Source: Octopus vulgaris
Taxonomy: Eukaryota
Direction of reading: 5' to 3'
Assembly: GCA_951406725.2 (NCBI GenBank)
Contig: OX597832.1
Span: 16,368,001-16,432,000 of the forward strand
Length of the DNA: 64,000 bases
Part shown: in pieces, positions 13,427-28,300 of the stretch
Numbering within the stretch: the first letter of the stretch is position 1
How the letters are laid out: the number at the start of each line of letters is the position of its first letter
The notes under the pieces: generated by a model
Database searches by the model: none
What the model was told of the DNA's origin: nothing
What the model saw: the letters and a program-made list of their open reading frames with translations, nothing else
Position numbers and translations under genes: made by a program

Positions 13427-14249
13427 ACATTGTGTATATTTGATTTAGCATTTCTAAATTGAATTCTTTTCCCCTGTAAGTCTGGATTTTATTCCCTCAA
13501 ATAACAATTATAGAAATATATATATAAGCAGACATGTAAACATACTTACATGCATAAATACATACACACATATATACATACATACATACATACATACATA
13601 GACAGAAACAGAAAAGCACAAGCGACGTGAACCCCCAAAAAATCACTTTACCATACAATATTGATATTTGTAACTTTTCGTAAGTAAGTGTGATAAATGT
13701 TAAACATTGGTGGTTATATAAAAGCCGTGACAGACAGGTTGTCAATAAATGAACATAACGAAATTTCACTTTGTCTGTTGGAGGACTAAACGATCAGTTG
13801 CAATGAAATTTAATAGACTACAACCCGCATTTGGGGGTTGTTAAAAAATTTTAAACATAAAATATGTACATGAACGAGACCTTAGTAGTAGACCGAGAAG
13901 ACCAACAGTCGAATTAATCGCAACGTCTGCACCTACTAATATTAAATGGATACAAATAATATGAACCTAATTTATCAAGTGTCAAGTGGTCTGGTTTAAA
14001 TATAAAGAAGTTGTTTCTCTTGAAATGCAAACACAGTAAAAATCTCGTTCATCCTGGAATTTAATTTATTCTTCCAGTATTCTCAAGTCTCTTTTAAGAG
14101 ATGCGGTGTCTTGAACAGAACAGGCCGGACATTTTTGACCCGCTAATAAAGGTTTTGGTTTTAGATAGGATATTCCATTTCATGTCGAAAGCAGTTATTC
14201 GTTGTAAATTTCCAGATTAAACCCGAATGTGTGTGTGTGTGTGTGCGTC

Positions 14250-14452
14250 TGTGTGTTTGTGTATTTGCGTTTGCCGCCCATCACTTGACAACGGATGTTC
14301 GTGTGTTTACGTCTCTGTAAACTAGCGGTTCGGCAGAAGAAATCTATAGAATAAGTACGAAGCTTACAAAGAAAAATTCCTAGAGTCGATTTGTTCGACT
14401 AAAGATTGTGCTCCAACAGGTTCACTGTTAAATGACTGAAGCAAATACAAGA
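14250..14452 (+). mobile_element. 3' half of SINE family A
   Basis: CTTGACAACGGATG...GCGGTTCGGCA...GTCGATTTGTTCGACTAA...AATGACTGAAGCAA. Confidence 0.8.
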
Positions 14453-14460
14453 ATATATAC

Positions 14461-14506
<46 letters not shown>

Positions 14507-14748
14507 TAAGTAATTAAGGGTTTAGGAACGATTTGCCTCACCACACACCGAATTTAGAAATAGCAGTCAAAGAGTTATGGCTATTCTTTCTACTTAAAAG
14601 GGAGATCTCAGTAAAACCACAGCACTTAAAAGGCAAACAACGCCTGCGTATTACTTAAACCTTCCTCGAATGGGGTTTTACATGCCGAAATCTATTTGGT
14701 GAAATTAATGATTATTCCAAATTAGTTGATCTCACCCTATATTATTAT

Positions 14749-14796
<48 letters not shown>

Positions 14797-17360
14797 AGGA
14801 CGGAACTTGTAAAATGAATTACGTTAAAGGTCATGTTAAATACACCTTGTACTAAAACTGTCGAGAAAATATTAAGAAACATACAGACTAAAAAAGTTAT
14901 CTCGGTACACTTAATGTTAATCATTACTGGTTCTCTTACTGTAATTTTCATATTAGCCGATTGCGAATTTTTTGGTGTTTTCCTGTTCAGTTTCTGCACT
15001 GAATTTTTTGCTAATATTTGTGTTCTGAAATATATCCATTGTTTGCTAATACATTATGCTATTTTACTAGTTGAACTTTATGTAGAGTGTATCGTTTAGA
15101 ACCATTACTTAAATAATAAAAATATATCAGAGATGTATTATTGATATTTTATTTAAGTGTCTATTTATTTTCATCTCGTAATTCTTGCTTCTTGTTTAAA
15201 CTTAATGTGTTACAAATTTATCATACTTGAACACCGAATACATTAATACGTACAAATGAAAGAAGTGAGCATAGCTGTATGGTTATGTCGTTTGCTGGCA
15301 ACAACCTGCTTGTAGTTCGAACTTATTGCCAAGTGCTTTCGTCAATCGTTTACTGCTTTATATATACTTTGATTACTCCAAAAATGTCGGGAAAAATATT
15401 TATACGGCACCTGTAAACCTACACGCATTCACGTGTGTGTGGGTACATTTCTGACCTCTTCTGTCAGTCGCTGTTTCTCTTCTTGCGTAAATAAATATTA
15501 TACATAAATCTGATATACTTTTCTTTCGACTGGTGGTAAAATAATCCAACACTTCACCCTCCGGTCTACAACTTCTCGTAATTCACAAATTAGTGATCAT
15601 TAGTAGGGATATGTATATATAATGCCTGTTTCTTGGTCGCTATTGTAATGTAAGTACTATTTTCAGGGCGTTAGGTTCAAATAGCTGTCTTATACATAAG
15701 TTTACTAGTTCATACGTAGAGTATCACTCTTTCTAGGACTCTGTAATTTAGAAGGCTTTGCTAGCTCACAGACAGAGAACAAGTTTGCTATGGAAAAGAA
15801 TGATTTGGTTACCCCACGAAAGTTAATAGACAAACTAGCTTTCGAGAGAAAATATGTGTTGAAGGTTGAAGCATAACAAAATAAATAATGTTAACATTTT
15901 TTAAAAGTATATACTTCAATATATGCCCATATGTACTTTCGAACAAACGTCAGCAATAAAGCAAAGACATTTGCACTATCAAGGTCGCCTCTTCCATCGC
16001 ATTTGATCGAATTGACATCTGTACCAGTAGCTCCATTACTTGTTGCATATACATCATTAGCAAGGTCAATCTAAAGGATCACTAGAGAAATAAATGACAG
16101 CCTCTGTTCTTCCTAAGTAGTGGAACCGCCCCATACAAAGAATAAAATCATACTTTCTAAACAGTCTAAATACTCGAATTTTTCTACGAGATGGTGGTGT
16201 TCGTATTTTGCATTCAACGGATGATTGGGAATGCCCTCAGTGTCTCCTCAGTTTATTTTATTGCTCTACATGTACGTTAAACTTAACTTTCAAGTTGCTC
16301 AAATATGCATTTACTTAGCGCCTCTTCATTTGTAATGCTTATTGGATCTGGCCTCATTATGTTTTTACTGTCACACATCTGCTGCTGATGAATATCTCAG
16401 TCAATTCGCGCTGGAAATATATCTAATACAATTGTTGTCATATCTCTCGAAATGATTCTTTTAACGCCATATGTTTCTATTTAGATAATTCATCCAGCGA
16501 GAACACAGAAAGATAATGAAGTATGATTCCTGTAGCTACTAAAATTGAAATAACATACTCATTTTCTATATCACACAAAAATTCATTCTGAATGTGAGAT
16601 TGAGATCTCTACCAATGAAAATATTTAGAGAATCTAAGATAAGCAAATCCTTTAGGTGGCAGGCAGAAACCTAGGAATACCTGAGTAAATTCGAGAGGAT
16701 TTTACAATCATTCACTGTATTAAATATTCGTACCTCTCCTATCGCACTCTTATTACATTTTACCTCCAATTATAATTTTTGGGTCATTTTTCTAACCATC
16801 ATTCCCAGCTTCAAGAGTATCGCCCTGCAGTTACTAGGCAGGTAACATGCTGCAATACGAAATATGTTTCTACGTATCAGAATAAACAACGATTTGTTTA
16901 AGTACCTCAAATAAAGATACGGTAAACTTTTAAATGGCAATCATTTCATCAACAAGAAAGAGAACCCTAATACAAAAATGAACCTGCCAAACACGTGAAC
17001 AATTTAAGCAAAAAATTAACGAATAAGCTCCGAACTTGTGCAAACCTCTACTGAGGGAAACAATTCTTTTCGTGGACCTTTCATTCAGTGTTTAATTATT
17101 TTATGTTGCTTAATAAAAGGTCGCAGTATCAATTACAGAGTACTAACTAGGCCGCTAAAATGATGATTTGAACATTGAGGAAGAGGAATACTAAACCGGA
17201 AAAATTATTTCTTTTTCCACATAGTTTGTGAAACATTGCAAAACCCCGGTTTTTTAGTAAAAGAACAATATCTAGACTATCAATAATTTTGGTGTACATG
17301 CTAGAACAGAAATATAAAAATGGAGTTACGAATTTTCTCACTATAATTTATTCTTATATG

Positions 17361-17843
17361 ATGGCGTTGTTGATTATGATAAACATGTTGTAAAACTTTT
17401 ATATTAATAGCAAAATGTGATTCAAAAACAGATTAGTATTAGGTATCCATGGTTTAATTCTAAACGTAAAGAAGCATAAAACCTGGGCATAAGCTTCTAT
17501 GGTGGTGGAGTGTAACTGAGTGTAGAAATATCCGAGACAACAGGATTTATTAATAAAAACATACAAGAACTCCATATTCCTCAGAAAACTAACGATTTTA
17601 CACCTCGTTCAGTGACATATGACCTAACATCGTGAAGGTGATATGTCACATTGAGTTTTAAGCCAAAATATTAAAACGGATTTAAGAAATGTTGACACAT
17701 TTCTTCTGACATTATACCGTTGCTGATTATTATAAAGGTGAGGCAAACGGTTTATATTAATAGCTAAATGTGATTCAAAACAAATTGGGTATTAGGTACA
17801 AAAGGTAAGATCCAGACGTAAAGAAGGCGAAAGCATGTGCATA
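17361..17843 (+). repeat. Diverged ~130-bp direct duplication (17361-17492 and 17714-17843)
   Basis: Shared blocks TTTATATTAATAGC.AAATGTGATTCAAAA, GTATTAGGTA and ACGTAAAGAAG. Confidence 0.75.
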
Positions 17844-19392
17844 GTAATAACAATATTTATGGCTATCGAACTAACAAGAATATTCATAAAAACCTTTCTG
17901 ATTTTTACCGAGATTTTGATGATATGAATTGATAATATGTTGATATACAACAATCTTCGCAAATATCAATTCTGAGCAACAACATGTCTTACTCTTTCAG
18001 TTTTGACCACACGTGCTCTGGAAAAATATACAGCGACAGTTTATTAATCGCATTTCAAAGCTGATTTACTTATTCTGATAAACAGAATTTCAAGTGCTTC
18101 TAAACAATAAATAACCTCAAGCATTTATATTATCATAAATCTCTTTTAGAAATGGACAATATTTTATTTTAGCGTTGACACATACAGACACATATAACAA
18201 ACATCTGCACCATTTTTATTGACACAGTATCGTATTATTTAGCGATGCAGCCATACCAAGTGGCTATATTATGCAGTATGGAGTACGCGAAAAAGGAAAG
18301 AAATTGCAAAACCTAGGTAAAAGCATTCTGGCAATTAGTGAATCTATGCAGGATTCTGTTTCGTTTATAATTGGCACACCTTGAGTAAAACACAGCAATC
18401 AAATTTCAATATATTTCCAGTGTAGTCAGAGATAGTAGCATTGAGGTGAGGTTCTGATATATTAACCAAATATAGTTGCATCTCATTTGTTCAGCTCCAA
18501 TATTTTCCTGGACCTTAATCATTATGTTGTGAACTATAAATATAAGAAGATACGTAGATAACCTGGAGTACACCAGGATTGAATATCAGAGCATATACTA
18601 AGTTTGAGTCACGTAAAACTATCATATCAGCCTGCTAAATCTACCGTTATTTTTGGCTTCTTTTATACTAACCTGAGGGCGATCAAAGATAAAACAAATA
18701 TTAAAGGGGAATATCGTTATGGCTGAAATACGGAATATGCTTATGTTTTTGTTGTGTTTTGTTTCTTTATAACTCTGATTGTGATGCCTCCCACTCAATC
18801 ATTTCCATAAAAGCAAGCTAGCAGTAAAATTAAAATATGCGAACGGAGTTAGCATTCATGCCATCCTAACTAATATATAACAATATGCCAAACACCAAGT
18901 AAATCTTTAATGCAGAATCTAATGTAGATTTAATAAATTTATGCAATGCTGTTTGGTGACTGTTTGCACAGATTACATGGAAGAGAAATGTTGTTTTATC
19001 AGCAGAATACAATCATGAATATATATGAGATTTGGAAATAAGTTATAAACCACAAATATTTTTGTAGTAATATTGACTTTCAAATATGCATTCTCTCTAA
19101 GTGTCATTGTACGTCAATGACGTCTATATAGGTAAACGTGTACTACGTACATTTTTATGGAGACAGACGTGTATATACATGAAAAGCAGAAATATAAACT
19201 TAAATACATAACGGCACATAAACTTGCACATATTCGTGCATAAATATTGAGATAATTATGTGAATTTATACAATTCTTTTAAAATATATTCTCATATCCA
19301 TTCTGCACTGTGCACACGTTATTTCATCTCTGCCAAAGTAGAATATGTGTATCTTCGCATGTATGTCCATGTGAGTGTCTACGTGCGCATGT

Positions 19393-19494
<102 letters not shown>

Positions 19495-19879
19495 TTTATA
19501 TCTATTTCGGATATATGCGTTTCTTATATATCGGATATATGGTATATATATATATATATATATATGGGAGGGGGCGTGTATGCACACATGCGATCGAACT
19601 ATCGCAATAGTAATAGCCCGAACACCCCGAAATATTCATATATAACGTAAACAATATAATCCTGAATACGATACAAGAAAGAAACTTGTTACGAATACAA
19701 CATTGGTTTAACATTTCAGAATTTTAAAGGAAAAAGGAAAATCTTGGTTCGGATATTTGTGCTCATTCAGAAAGTAAAATTTAAAAAATAACACAAAAGT
19801 GTGTGAAAAAGAGTTATTCCGTGTTTAAAACGAAAATATAACACATGCATAAAAATGAATTCTCACTATTTCGAGATTC

Positions 19880-20810
19880 TGCTGACATGTTCATAGACAA
19901 ACCAAACTACTCACCTGGAATGTGCTAAAATGTGGTTTAATTTTCGAGATAGATCCCATTGCGAGCCACACCTTCTTTCCATCGGTGTTGCAGTTCTTGG
20001 ATAACGCTGGCAAAGAAGCTTTCAACTTGTTGGGGGGAAATCGCATCAACAGCCGATATGGCATCATCCTCACTGTGAGCCGGGTCCCTAGACATGCTGG
20101 TGAACAGATGATTATCATATGGGGCCAAACCAAGAATTAGGGTCATCAACCAGCTCAAAGCTACACTCACGAACAGTAGCCATGGAAACGAAATCCTTGT
20201 GTTCTGGAGAATTTGTACCAATGGAAGGTGTTCCATTTCAACTGTTTTCCTGAAGGTTTAATCTTGAGAGCTGTTTATAACTGTGTCAGCAAGTTGGCAT
20301 AGTTTTCTCCATCGATGTTGTGGTTCTTTTCAAGAGTGCCAGTAAACACTGCCTCTTGCAACCGCGAAAACCATTATCTTCCTTATAGTGGGTGCATCCA
20401 CGGGTACCACCGATTCTTGTCTATGGCTCAAAGTGTTTTTCTTTCCTTCCGTTGTTGCAGGAGTCCAGAACTTGGGTCATTTTAAGGCTCAACTTACCCT
20501 TCCTAAATTTAGCTGCCCACTTTTGCACAGTTGATAAATCTAGAGTGTCATTTCCTAATGTACCAGCCCTTTCAAAATAAATATCTTTGAGATGTGAACA
20601 CCTCTTCTGCAGGGACTTGTTAATATCACGTTGTCAAAATTTGACCATCTTCAAGAGAAGTTGCTACTAATTGCATTTCCTGTTTCTTGAGAACAGGAAT
20701 ATATCAGTTTGCCTTGGAGAAAACAATACGATTTTTAATAGCATCAGCTCTTCCAATGTCAGCCTACAAATTTTCAGCTACCAAGGAGAAATCAGTGTTT
20801 GTGTGTTGAG
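19880..20810 (-). pseudogene. Decayed, internally deleted mariner transposon
   Basis: C-terminus LAPYDNHLF...EDDAISAVD...QELQHRWKEGVARNGIYLE resembles SPDLAPSDYHLF...RW.KCV...G.Y.E. N-terminal HTH segment LSTVQKWAAKFRKG near 20500-20540. Confidence 0.85.
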
Positions 20811-21099
20811 TACAAGAAGTGACGAATATTTAGAAATGTTTGACATTTCTGGAGACATGCGTAAAGTACTATCTTTGGTTACGTAAATTAGCGTAGTGTA
20901 TATATATATGTATAGACGTACCAGCGTGTGGAAATATACATGATTTCGGTAGGTGCGATTGTTGAGAGTTGCTACGTGTGAGTATTTAATAAGTGATTGA
21001 AGTGAAAATGTGTATACGAATCAGTTAAAGCGTTCGTGATTTAATACACAGTACCAAAAACGGCATAAGATATTTGTGAGATGTTTCTTATAACCGATG

Positions 21100-21880
21100 C
21101 ATAAAAGAGCAGTAAGAAAAGCATAGGGAAGTTTTAAAGAATGTTTTCAGGAGATGGACCGTGAAACAAGGTGGGAATATGAAACTTTTCGAATGATTAC
21201 TATGAGATTACGTGAGAAAAATGTTTGCTACCAAATACTATGGAAAACAATATGAAAAGTTAGTGAAACTTCTTTGACACCTCGAAACTTTGGTAAAATA
21301 TAAGGAAAGATAATGAAAAGAAGAATCTGAGGTATGTTAGTGCAGGCTGGAAAAAACGTGACAGGGGAACGAGGAAAATTCGATTATGAAATTTATAAGG
21401 GTACATCGGAAAGAGAACCAAAGTACGAAGGCGAGGAGCGTATTCCATTGAAAGTAGTAATAATGGAAAGATGAAGGTAGGTGTGAGATTGACGGCAGAA
21501 TCGAAGAAGACCTTCAAAGAGGAAAGTGTGTGACGGAGAAAATATTTCTCATGTGCTTGTTATACAATTTACGAGGTGGAAGACAGGATATGTGACAAGA
21601 TCGAAATGCGGAAATCTCAAAAGTTGGAGGACAGTTCGATGCATGGGTAAAGTGACACGTTGGTTGCTTACAGAAACGGCGAGAAAATATCAAGCGTTAA
21701 CTCCAAGGGTGTAATTACTAAGTTACGAACGATGAAATTAACGCTAGAAAGAGCCGCTTATAATGAAATTGGTTTGTTAAACAGGTGACATAAATCGAAA
21801 GAACCGGAGCTGAACTCTCCTACAAAAATCCCTGCAGCAGAGATAATGGTGAGAGAGAAACTGAGAATAGAGTATCGTCT
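21100..21880 (-). mobile_element. Highly decayed CR1/L2-like LINE remnant
   Basis: Strongly purine-rich plus strand. Minus strand LLLSMEYAPRL resembles the post-RT 'RP.LEYA..VW' motif. Confidence 0.35.
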
Positions 21881-22129
21881 GCTATATATCAATTGTCCAT
21901 GAATATCAAACCTTCAAGTGTAATAGGTTTGTTAGCTTGAAGTGTTGGTTGCTTCGTGCTTCGGGAAGAATTAATCTATTGGAATAATTCTGGAGCCGTA
22001 ATTTACGCTTAGAGTGACACAAAATCGTATTATTTCAAAGGCTATAATGAGCAAGATATTTCTCTGTTCTATTTGTCATTATACAAACGTCTGTAGGTCA
22101 TGCTTTCGGTTAATTATGCCAGATATATA

Positions 22130-22362
22130 AAATTCTTTACTACACACAAGGGCTAAGCACAGAGAGTACAAACAAGAACAGACAAATGGATTAAGTCGAT
22201 TACATCGACCCCAGTTCGTAACTGGTACTTAATTTATCGACCCCGAAAGGATTAAAGGTAAAGTCGACCTCGGCGGAATTTGAACTCAGAACGTAACGGC
22301 AGACGAAATAGGGCTACACATTTCACCCGGCGTGCTAACGTTTCTGCCAGCTCACCGCCCTT
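22130..22362 (-). mobile_element. tRNA-derived SINE, family B (central domain resembling the Meta-SINE domain)
   Basis: Head GGCGGTGAGCTGGCAGAAACGTTAGCACGCCGGG, B-box GAGTTCAAATTCC, core GTCGACTTT.CCTTT.ATCCTTTCGGGGTCGATAAATTAAGTACCAG. Confidence 0.9.
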
Positions 22363-22734
22363 ATTATGCATATTTGCATTCGTATTGACTGATAAAAATG
22401 AATAATTATTTTGATATTATACTTATCTAATCGCGGTTTGAATATAATTGATATGCATAACGTAAAAATGCGTCCCGGATATTAACATTCTGTCCGTTTC
22501 TCTGGTATGGTGGCTCTAGTGCTCTATCATAACTTAAAAAGATAGTGGAGTTTAATGCATACAACATTTGGTTGCCGTTCATAGCAGTGTGCTATATTCT
22601 GAGATGGAAGCGTCGTCGTCAGCTTTTGTAAAGTTTACGATTACAGCAGCAGCTGTTCACTAAACTAACATAGTATTGCCCTTCCAAAACGAATGACAGT
22701 TATTCCAGTTAATTTGGAACAATTTCATATTTTG

Positions 22735-22937
22735 TTCTACTATAGGCACGTGGCCCGACATTTTGGTGGAGGGGGCCAGTAGATTAGATCAACCCCAGGA
22801 CACAACTCGTGCTTAATATATCGACCCCGAAAGGATGAAAGGCAAATTCGACCTCAGCGGAATTTTAACAAAGAAGGTAAAGACAGACGAAATACTGCGA
22901 AGCATTTCACCCAGCGTGCAAATGCTTCTGCCAGCTA
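22735..22937 (-). mobile_element. SINE family B, alternative 3' tail
   Basis: Same head and core. Tail ...CCCTCCACCAAAATGTCGGGCCACGTGCCTATAGTAGAAC. Confidence 0.85.
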
Positions 22938-24169
22938 AAGCTGTTTAGTAGTAAGCGGAGGGGGCATTTTATGTTATCTAAAAATGAATGTCCGTTTATT
23001 TCAAATTTGTTTCCAATTTTCAAACACCGTGAGACTACTCACAACATTTACTATTATTCACGTTCAACTAAAAATTAATATTGGGTAATCATTACATAAA
23101 CTTTCTGTTTTCGGAAAAATTGAGTGTGTATTGATACACCAAAAGCGATAAATTATAGGACTCAATAGAAAAGTAGATTTTTGTTTAATACATTACAACT
23201 GAGAAAATCCTATTCAGAGTTGCTCGATTCCGATCATAAGTAGATAAAATATGCCTGGTTGATTTCTGAATATTCACTGTAAGAATTTGTTTTGAAATAC
23301 GAAATTCTGTTTGAAGTAAAGGTTTATCTTTATATTCTGTCGGTTAAAAGTGCGGAAACGGCTACTTCAAGTTACCACTATTCATATCACCTCTGTTTCT
23401 CGTTGTACTATTATTATAAGACCATCTTCTCCAGAATAGCCGCAGTCAAGTGACTGAAACACGTATTGTTTAAGCAATATTCCAAAATGATACTTTTAAT
23501 TAATACTTTAAGTTAATTCAATTACTTATAATTAATGCTTTCAAAAACAATAACTGTGCATTTCTTAAGGCACCTGTTTTATTTTAAGTACATGTAAAGA
23601 TGCTATTTAATAATATATATATACTTTAGGTGTTCCCATTCGTATCTTCTTGGTATCACACTTGGCCAATAAATTTGTATTGTCAGAAAAAAATACAGCC
23701 GTAGTAAAATTTCCAGTGAAGTTGAAACAAAATCGGTTGAACAGTATATATATAGTCTTTTAATAATCTGCATCCTCTATTTAGTAGATTCTAAGTGCAT
23801 CGCTTTTTGCAGAAGAGTCACCACCCTAAATATAGTGCCTTGCATATTATATCCTCCATTTTTAAATTCTGAGCACACTTTTTTTTTACCAATAATCTGT
23901 ATATGTTGTCTAGTATTCATGAATAAAATCAAACATGACACATTTCCTGAGATCAATGTGACAGGATTTACATGATTGTTTCTCTGATAACAGCATCAAC
24001 TTTTAACTAATCTAAAGTTCGTTTATTCTTAGTCTCTCCTTAACGCTAAGGTGGCTTTATTTCTCTTGATCAGGCTGCTCAGTTGCACATCTCAATCGAT
24101 TAATTTTGGCAGTATTTTAGTTAAGGCTACGACTTTGAACCTTCCCGATGTCATTTCACATCGGTATTT

Positions 24170-24720
24170 TACATTGGCGAAAGGTCAAGTTCTAGAAACT
24201 TCTGGATATTTATAGTGGTTTTACACTTCTGTACCGGACAGGAGCATAATTTTTCCACAATACTGCAGCTGTTTTGCCTTTATCAGTTAAAATATGTCAC
24301 ATTGGATGGCATTTCAGTTCCTCTCCAGTTCGGTTCATTTACGGGATGTTGAAAATCCAACGAAATGGCGAAACATCGATATCCATTGCTCCTGAATGGG
24401 ATTTGAGGCGAACTGTCTCAACTTTATATGTCGTAACTACTTCCCAATCATTGTCCTGTGAACACTTTAAAGGAAGTAAGAATAGGTATAGACTGCTGTG
24501 GCTGAAAGTACAAACCTGTGTCCGCTGGACGGGGCATAGCACATTGTTCTGACTGTGTCTGCACGCCGGTGTTTAACCCAAACCCTTTAAACAAGAGATT
24601 ACACGTTGTTCACATGGTTATGTGAAGCTGCTAGGGATTGCAGTCAATAACGGCCTGGAGTGGAATGCTGCTGGAAGCTTTTATGTGTAACAGCAGGGTT
24701 TGAGTTTTTGCCGCCATTTT
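24170..24720 (-). mobile_element. Possible decayed LINE ORF1 fragment
   Basis: GC-richer island with broken frames. Minus-strand segment VLWKNYAPVRYRSVKPL*ISRS resembles a decayed 'VVVE..P.CYRC.K.GHI.R.C' zinc knuckle. Confidence 0.3.
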
Positions 24721-25422
24721 TCAAAGGATAGGAATAAATAATTTTTGGCGAATATCTACTATTTCACGGTATGTATGACTAATAACCTCTATGACTAATA
24801 CCCCGAAAGAACAATAAGTAAATACATGGTCAGTCCAAAGGTAACGCCTGTCCGCATTATTTTATGAAAATAAAGACATGTTCCCACCCAATTACTATCG
24901 GTTTAAATACTGGACTTTGTAACTTTGACTCGTCAAAATAAAATAATTAAATCCAATATTACCAAAAGTAAAAAATGCTGCGATCACTTTTCCCTACATA
25001 ACAAAGGAGAATAACCTACAGGCTCATTTACTAATTTCTACATGGAAGTATAAATTCTGAAGAATATCATAACCGCAAAATTAGTCAATAATTTTTTTTT
25101 TTTCCAAACGCCTTCCTGTAATAGCATAAAAAGCCCTACACCCGAAAATATGATTTTGACTCAAACGATACCCTAGAAACGCAAGACTAAAACTAATTCA
25201 TCGCAGGTCGAAGACACTTTAGCTAACGAAACTACGAAGTCACTGTCAGCAACATTCTTGTTTAAGAATGATATGTTAGTACTCTATAAATGTATAGACT
25301 AAACCATCAAATTAACCTAACATTTTATTTTTTGTATTATAATTGAACATATAAAATCACAATCATATATAAAATATAATAGTATATTAAAATCAAAAAT
25401 CAATATATATATATATATATAT

Positions 25423-25731
25423 ATCACCGTGATCACCGTGACCGACCAGGCTATCAGATGTTGCTACATATCGCTGGTCACAATGTGCTTCGCATTGTTT
25501 TAGCCGTCAAATGACGCAACCCCGCTGACTAAGCGAGCAGACCAACAGACGAAAGAGTGAGAGAAAGTTGTGGCGAAAGAGTACAGCAGGGATCGCCACC
25601 ACCCGCTGCCGGAGACTCGTGGAGCTTCAGGTGTTTTCGCTCAATAAACACTCACAACGCCCGGTCTGGGAATCGAAACCACCATCCTTCGACCGCGAGT
25701 CCGCTGCCCTAACCACTGGGACATTGCGCCT

Positions 25732-25733
<2 letters not shown>
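25423..25733 (-). mobile_element. tRNA-derived SINE, family C (CORE-type, resembles octopus OR-type SINEs)
   Basis: tRNA-like head GGAGGCGCAATGTCCCAGTGGTTAGGGCAGCGGACTCGCGGTCG...GGTTTCGATTCCC. Short repeated tail (CACGGTGAT). Between microsatellites. Confidence 0.9.
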
Positions 25734-25811
<78 letters not shown>

Positions 25812-26930
25812 CTCGTATATGGTGGGTTAGGCATGTGTGTGTATCTATGGATCGTGTTGTGTTATGAATTTATTCGTTTATTTTTTTTCCCTTTGAATAT
25901 TATCTGTTTGCCAGAATAACAAAACGTGTACTTTTGAATTGTGTTTGGTTAACCATACATCTGCATGTGAAAGATACGTTGTTGTGTCACTTATTACAGA
26001 AATAGTCTCTTCCATTTACACATCGGCTTGAATCTGCGAGGAAAATTCTGATACATGTCTTGCAATGTGTTGTTGTTGTTGTTGTGTGTGTATTTCTAAA
26101 TGTTTGAAATACGAATGTGTGAGGAAATATTATTTCGCTTCACTTCGTATTTCGTGAACTTTCCTTCGTTAAAGCTTATACTGACATTGCAGAATAATCA
26201 AATCCATTTTGGTTTTCTTTTTATGCATTATTGTTTCTGTTATCTTTCAATAAGGTTAGCTTATAACCCTGAAACTAAAACCTTCCTCGTTATTCATTAA
26301 TTAAGAACGGTAACTGACAACTTGCGCATTTAAATACCAGAAGCTACGCTGCATTTGCTAATTAAACATAAAACTAATTTCTACAGAAGCAATTCTAAGT
26401 TAACGAAGAATCATTAAAAAGTCATCTTGTACACACATGCCACATAAGCACATGGTATTTTAAAATCCTGCATCATGACGTCTCTCAATAGAGTTGGACG
26501 TGATGCGACTAGAGTAAAGAAAGATGATACGTTATCTATCGCAAGTTAAAAATATCATTGGCGGGATCGACATCTGAATTTTACAAGGAAATATATTCCT
26601 TGTTTTCACATGAACTGATATAGCGTAACTTATATGAGAAAGAACAATGCTCGCGAAGAAATACTCAGAGTTGTTTCCTATGTTGTTTAGCACCTGATCA
26701 ACGATGTTGCTTCGAGCACTTTATGAAAAATATATTCTATATATATAAACGCTATTCTTTTTATGTTGTGGTATTTTGTATGAACTTACTCAAATTTGGC
26801 TCTATGTATAATATTAATTATATGGCACTTGAAAGAAAAAAATTGTTATATTTGTTATAGATCACTACACCGTATAAAACCATGTTTCTTGGTCTTCAAT
26901 ACTCATACGATTTTGAGAATTATTAAGGGA

Positions 26931-27327
26931 CTAGCAGTATCGCCCGGCGTTGTTCGGGTTTGTAATGGAAATGACTATATAAGCATTTTTAGAGAGTTAT
27001 AGCAAAAAATAGCAAAAAATGCATTAAAAATGGAAAACAAAATTGATGGTAATTTCTGTTTTAAATCGTTGACTCATCGTAGACATTTTTGGAGAGTTAC
27101 TTCCCTTATATAATAGCGAAGAAAATGCATTAAAAGGGAAACAAATGATGGTAATTTTTTTTTAAATAGTAGACTCATCGTAGACGCGCGCTAATACCCA
27201 GAAGGGATCGATATAAATCACGACTATAAGATACCCGGTTTTGGTTAAACTGCACCGGAAAATATGGGAGTAGTTAAGAATCTAAATCGTAGGAGACAGA
27301 CACACAACTTGACTTTATATATAAAGA
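26931..27327 (-). mobile_element. Non-autonomous Helitron
   Basis: Minus strand starts TC(TTTATATATAAAG) and ends with subterminal hairpin CCCG-AACAACG-CCGGG then CTAG. Inserted between host A and T with no TSD. Carries an internal tandem duplication. Confidence 0.85.
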
Positions 27328-28080
27328 TATAGCATCGGCTTCTAGTGTCGAGCCTAACGTATATATGACCAAAAGGACTGCACATTTTGAGGGGTATTAA
27401 CAGGAAAATTAGAACTTTTCTATCCTTTATTTGTCTCTCTGGTCGCCACAAGTTAAAACTAGCAAGATTTTAACTCACAATATAGATAAGAAAGAAAACT
27501 ACCTAATCAAACCATAGAATAGTTCTACACCATCATCTCTACACATCCAGAAACACAATATATTATACTGAGGCACATTATATTTTCATGAATTTTATCA
27601 GTTGTAGTTTCTTCTATAATAATGTTATATTTTATTGCATTACGTATGGAAATTATTCAGACAAATATTTCGTTTCACAGTTGCTAATAATGTTCTGTAT
27701 ATGTGATTAAATCTTCCTACGATACGAGAAATCTTTTATCATATTCAGTATTTATACCTGTAAATATATATGGCTGTGTTGCATCCTGTGTATACAAACA
27801 CTAGTATATGCAAAAACGTGTGTTATTATGTTTATATACATATATGCATACACATGTGTCTGTGTGTATGTGTTAGCGTGTGCCTTTCATCAACGTGTCT
27901 CTGCCTGCATGTTTATCTATCTCTGCTTTACGCGTATATGTATCAATTTACCTATCAGGTGTATTGCATATGTAGTTTAATATTGTCGGATATTGACTAA
28001 AGTGATTGCAGATAAAATTTCTGCACATGAAACAATGAGTTACAGTGAAGTGAACCAGTTATTGTTTCCTGATTAAGATC

Positions 28081-28090
28081 ATGATGATGA

Positions 28091-28126
<36 letters not shown>

Positions 28127-28300
28127 CAGCATTAGTAGTAGTAGTAGCAGTTGTAGCAGTAGTAGTAGTAGTACTAGTAGTAGTAGTACTAGTAGTGGTA
28201 GTGGTGTTGTTGGTGGTGGTGTTGTTGTTGTTGTTGGTTGTGGTGGTAGTAGTACTAGTAGTACTAGTAGTAGTAGTTGTTGTATTATTATTATTATTAT

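Noticed and set aside
16382-16428. CTGATGA...GAAATATATC hammerhead-like match
   Set aside because: Stems I and II cannot form next to the core.
25660-25733. tRNA gene
   Set aside because: The tRNA-like head continues into a SINE body and the cloverleaf is incomplete.
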